A stretch of 63,584 nucleotides of DNA, the filler included, from Welwitschia mirabilis (Eukaryota): assembly GCA_051453625.1 (NCBI GenBank). It is 5 parts of one record of this genome, joined end to end, with 100 filler letters (N's around TTAATTAATTAA, not from the genome) between each part and the next. Parts side by side here need not be neighbours in the genome. Positions count along the whole stretch, not along the records: positions 59,605 to 63,584 come from JBOZIK010000001.1; 4 more parts are not named here. One strand, written 5' to 3'. A program made the translations under genes and the position numbers. Positions 63,110-63,584 of this stretch are shown here, piece after piece; position 1 is the stretch's first letter, and each line of letters starts with the position of its first letter. The notes under the pieces are model-generated. The model was given only the letters and a program-made list of their open reading frames with translations. It did no database searches and was not told the DNA's origin.

Positions 63110-63584
63110 GTATTTACATTTTGCATAGTTTCCAATATGTTTAAAGCTTTCCTTATGCATATTTCTATTCATCCTCCACCAGTTTTCATATTTGTTTGTG
63201 GCCCATTTTTTCCCATGTTTAGACCTTCTAATAAGTCCACTTGTTTTGTCTTCCTTACAACTTCATCCCTATTTTCCTTCTTTCTCTTCTCCATATTGCT
63301 TCTATGCTTTCGTAAGTATTACAGATAATTGGCAACGTTTTGGAGTCTGGCTTTTTGAGTATATTATTTTCCATTAGAAAGATTCGTGCTAGACTATTGG
63401 CTACCAATTAATAGCGTGTTAGTGTCTGACTGTAGTCAGTAACCAGTTGATAGCATTTTTGTAATGATTAAAGACTAAATTAGTGAAGAAATATTGGGAT
63501 AAACCCTTTTTATTCGATATATCAAAGTATTTACAATACCCACTTATTTATAGGACACATGTCCTCTACAACAAAATGCCTAAT

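Overview
AT-rich flowering-plant nuclear DNA from a gapped draft assembly (several N gaps; four 100-bp N44-TTAATTAATTAA-N44 spacers). Two host genes are visible, both on the + strand. The first is the 3' half of a DHHC protein S-acyltransferase (PAT12-like). Its catalytic DHHC exon (10060-10151) is separated from the last four exons (29496-30238) by a nominal 19.3-kb TE-filled intron. The second is one internal exon (62951-63109) of a multiple inositol polyphosphate phosphatase (MINPP1-like histidine acid phosphatase). Nearly everything else is decayed, nested transposons: Ty1/copia (Tork-like, Sirevirus-like and a short-LTR family), Ty3/gypsy (chromovirus-like plus a non-autonomous derivative), DUF659-type hAT elements with exact 8-bp TSDs, a hAT MITE, tRNA-derived SINEs, a TRIM-like chimera and an L1 LINE remnant. 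I see no CRISPR array, rRNA or intact tRNA, and no convincing wholly new system. The best leads are a hairpin bracketing the PPT in two copia lineages, a chimeric LTR/TRIM element, a tandem LTR-PBS array, a PBS-linked segment with no recognisable gag (possible endogenous caulimovirid), and a hAT-in-hAT-in-copia nest bounded by an atypical 13-bp duplication. Family assignments come from recalled protein and DNA motifs, not database searches.
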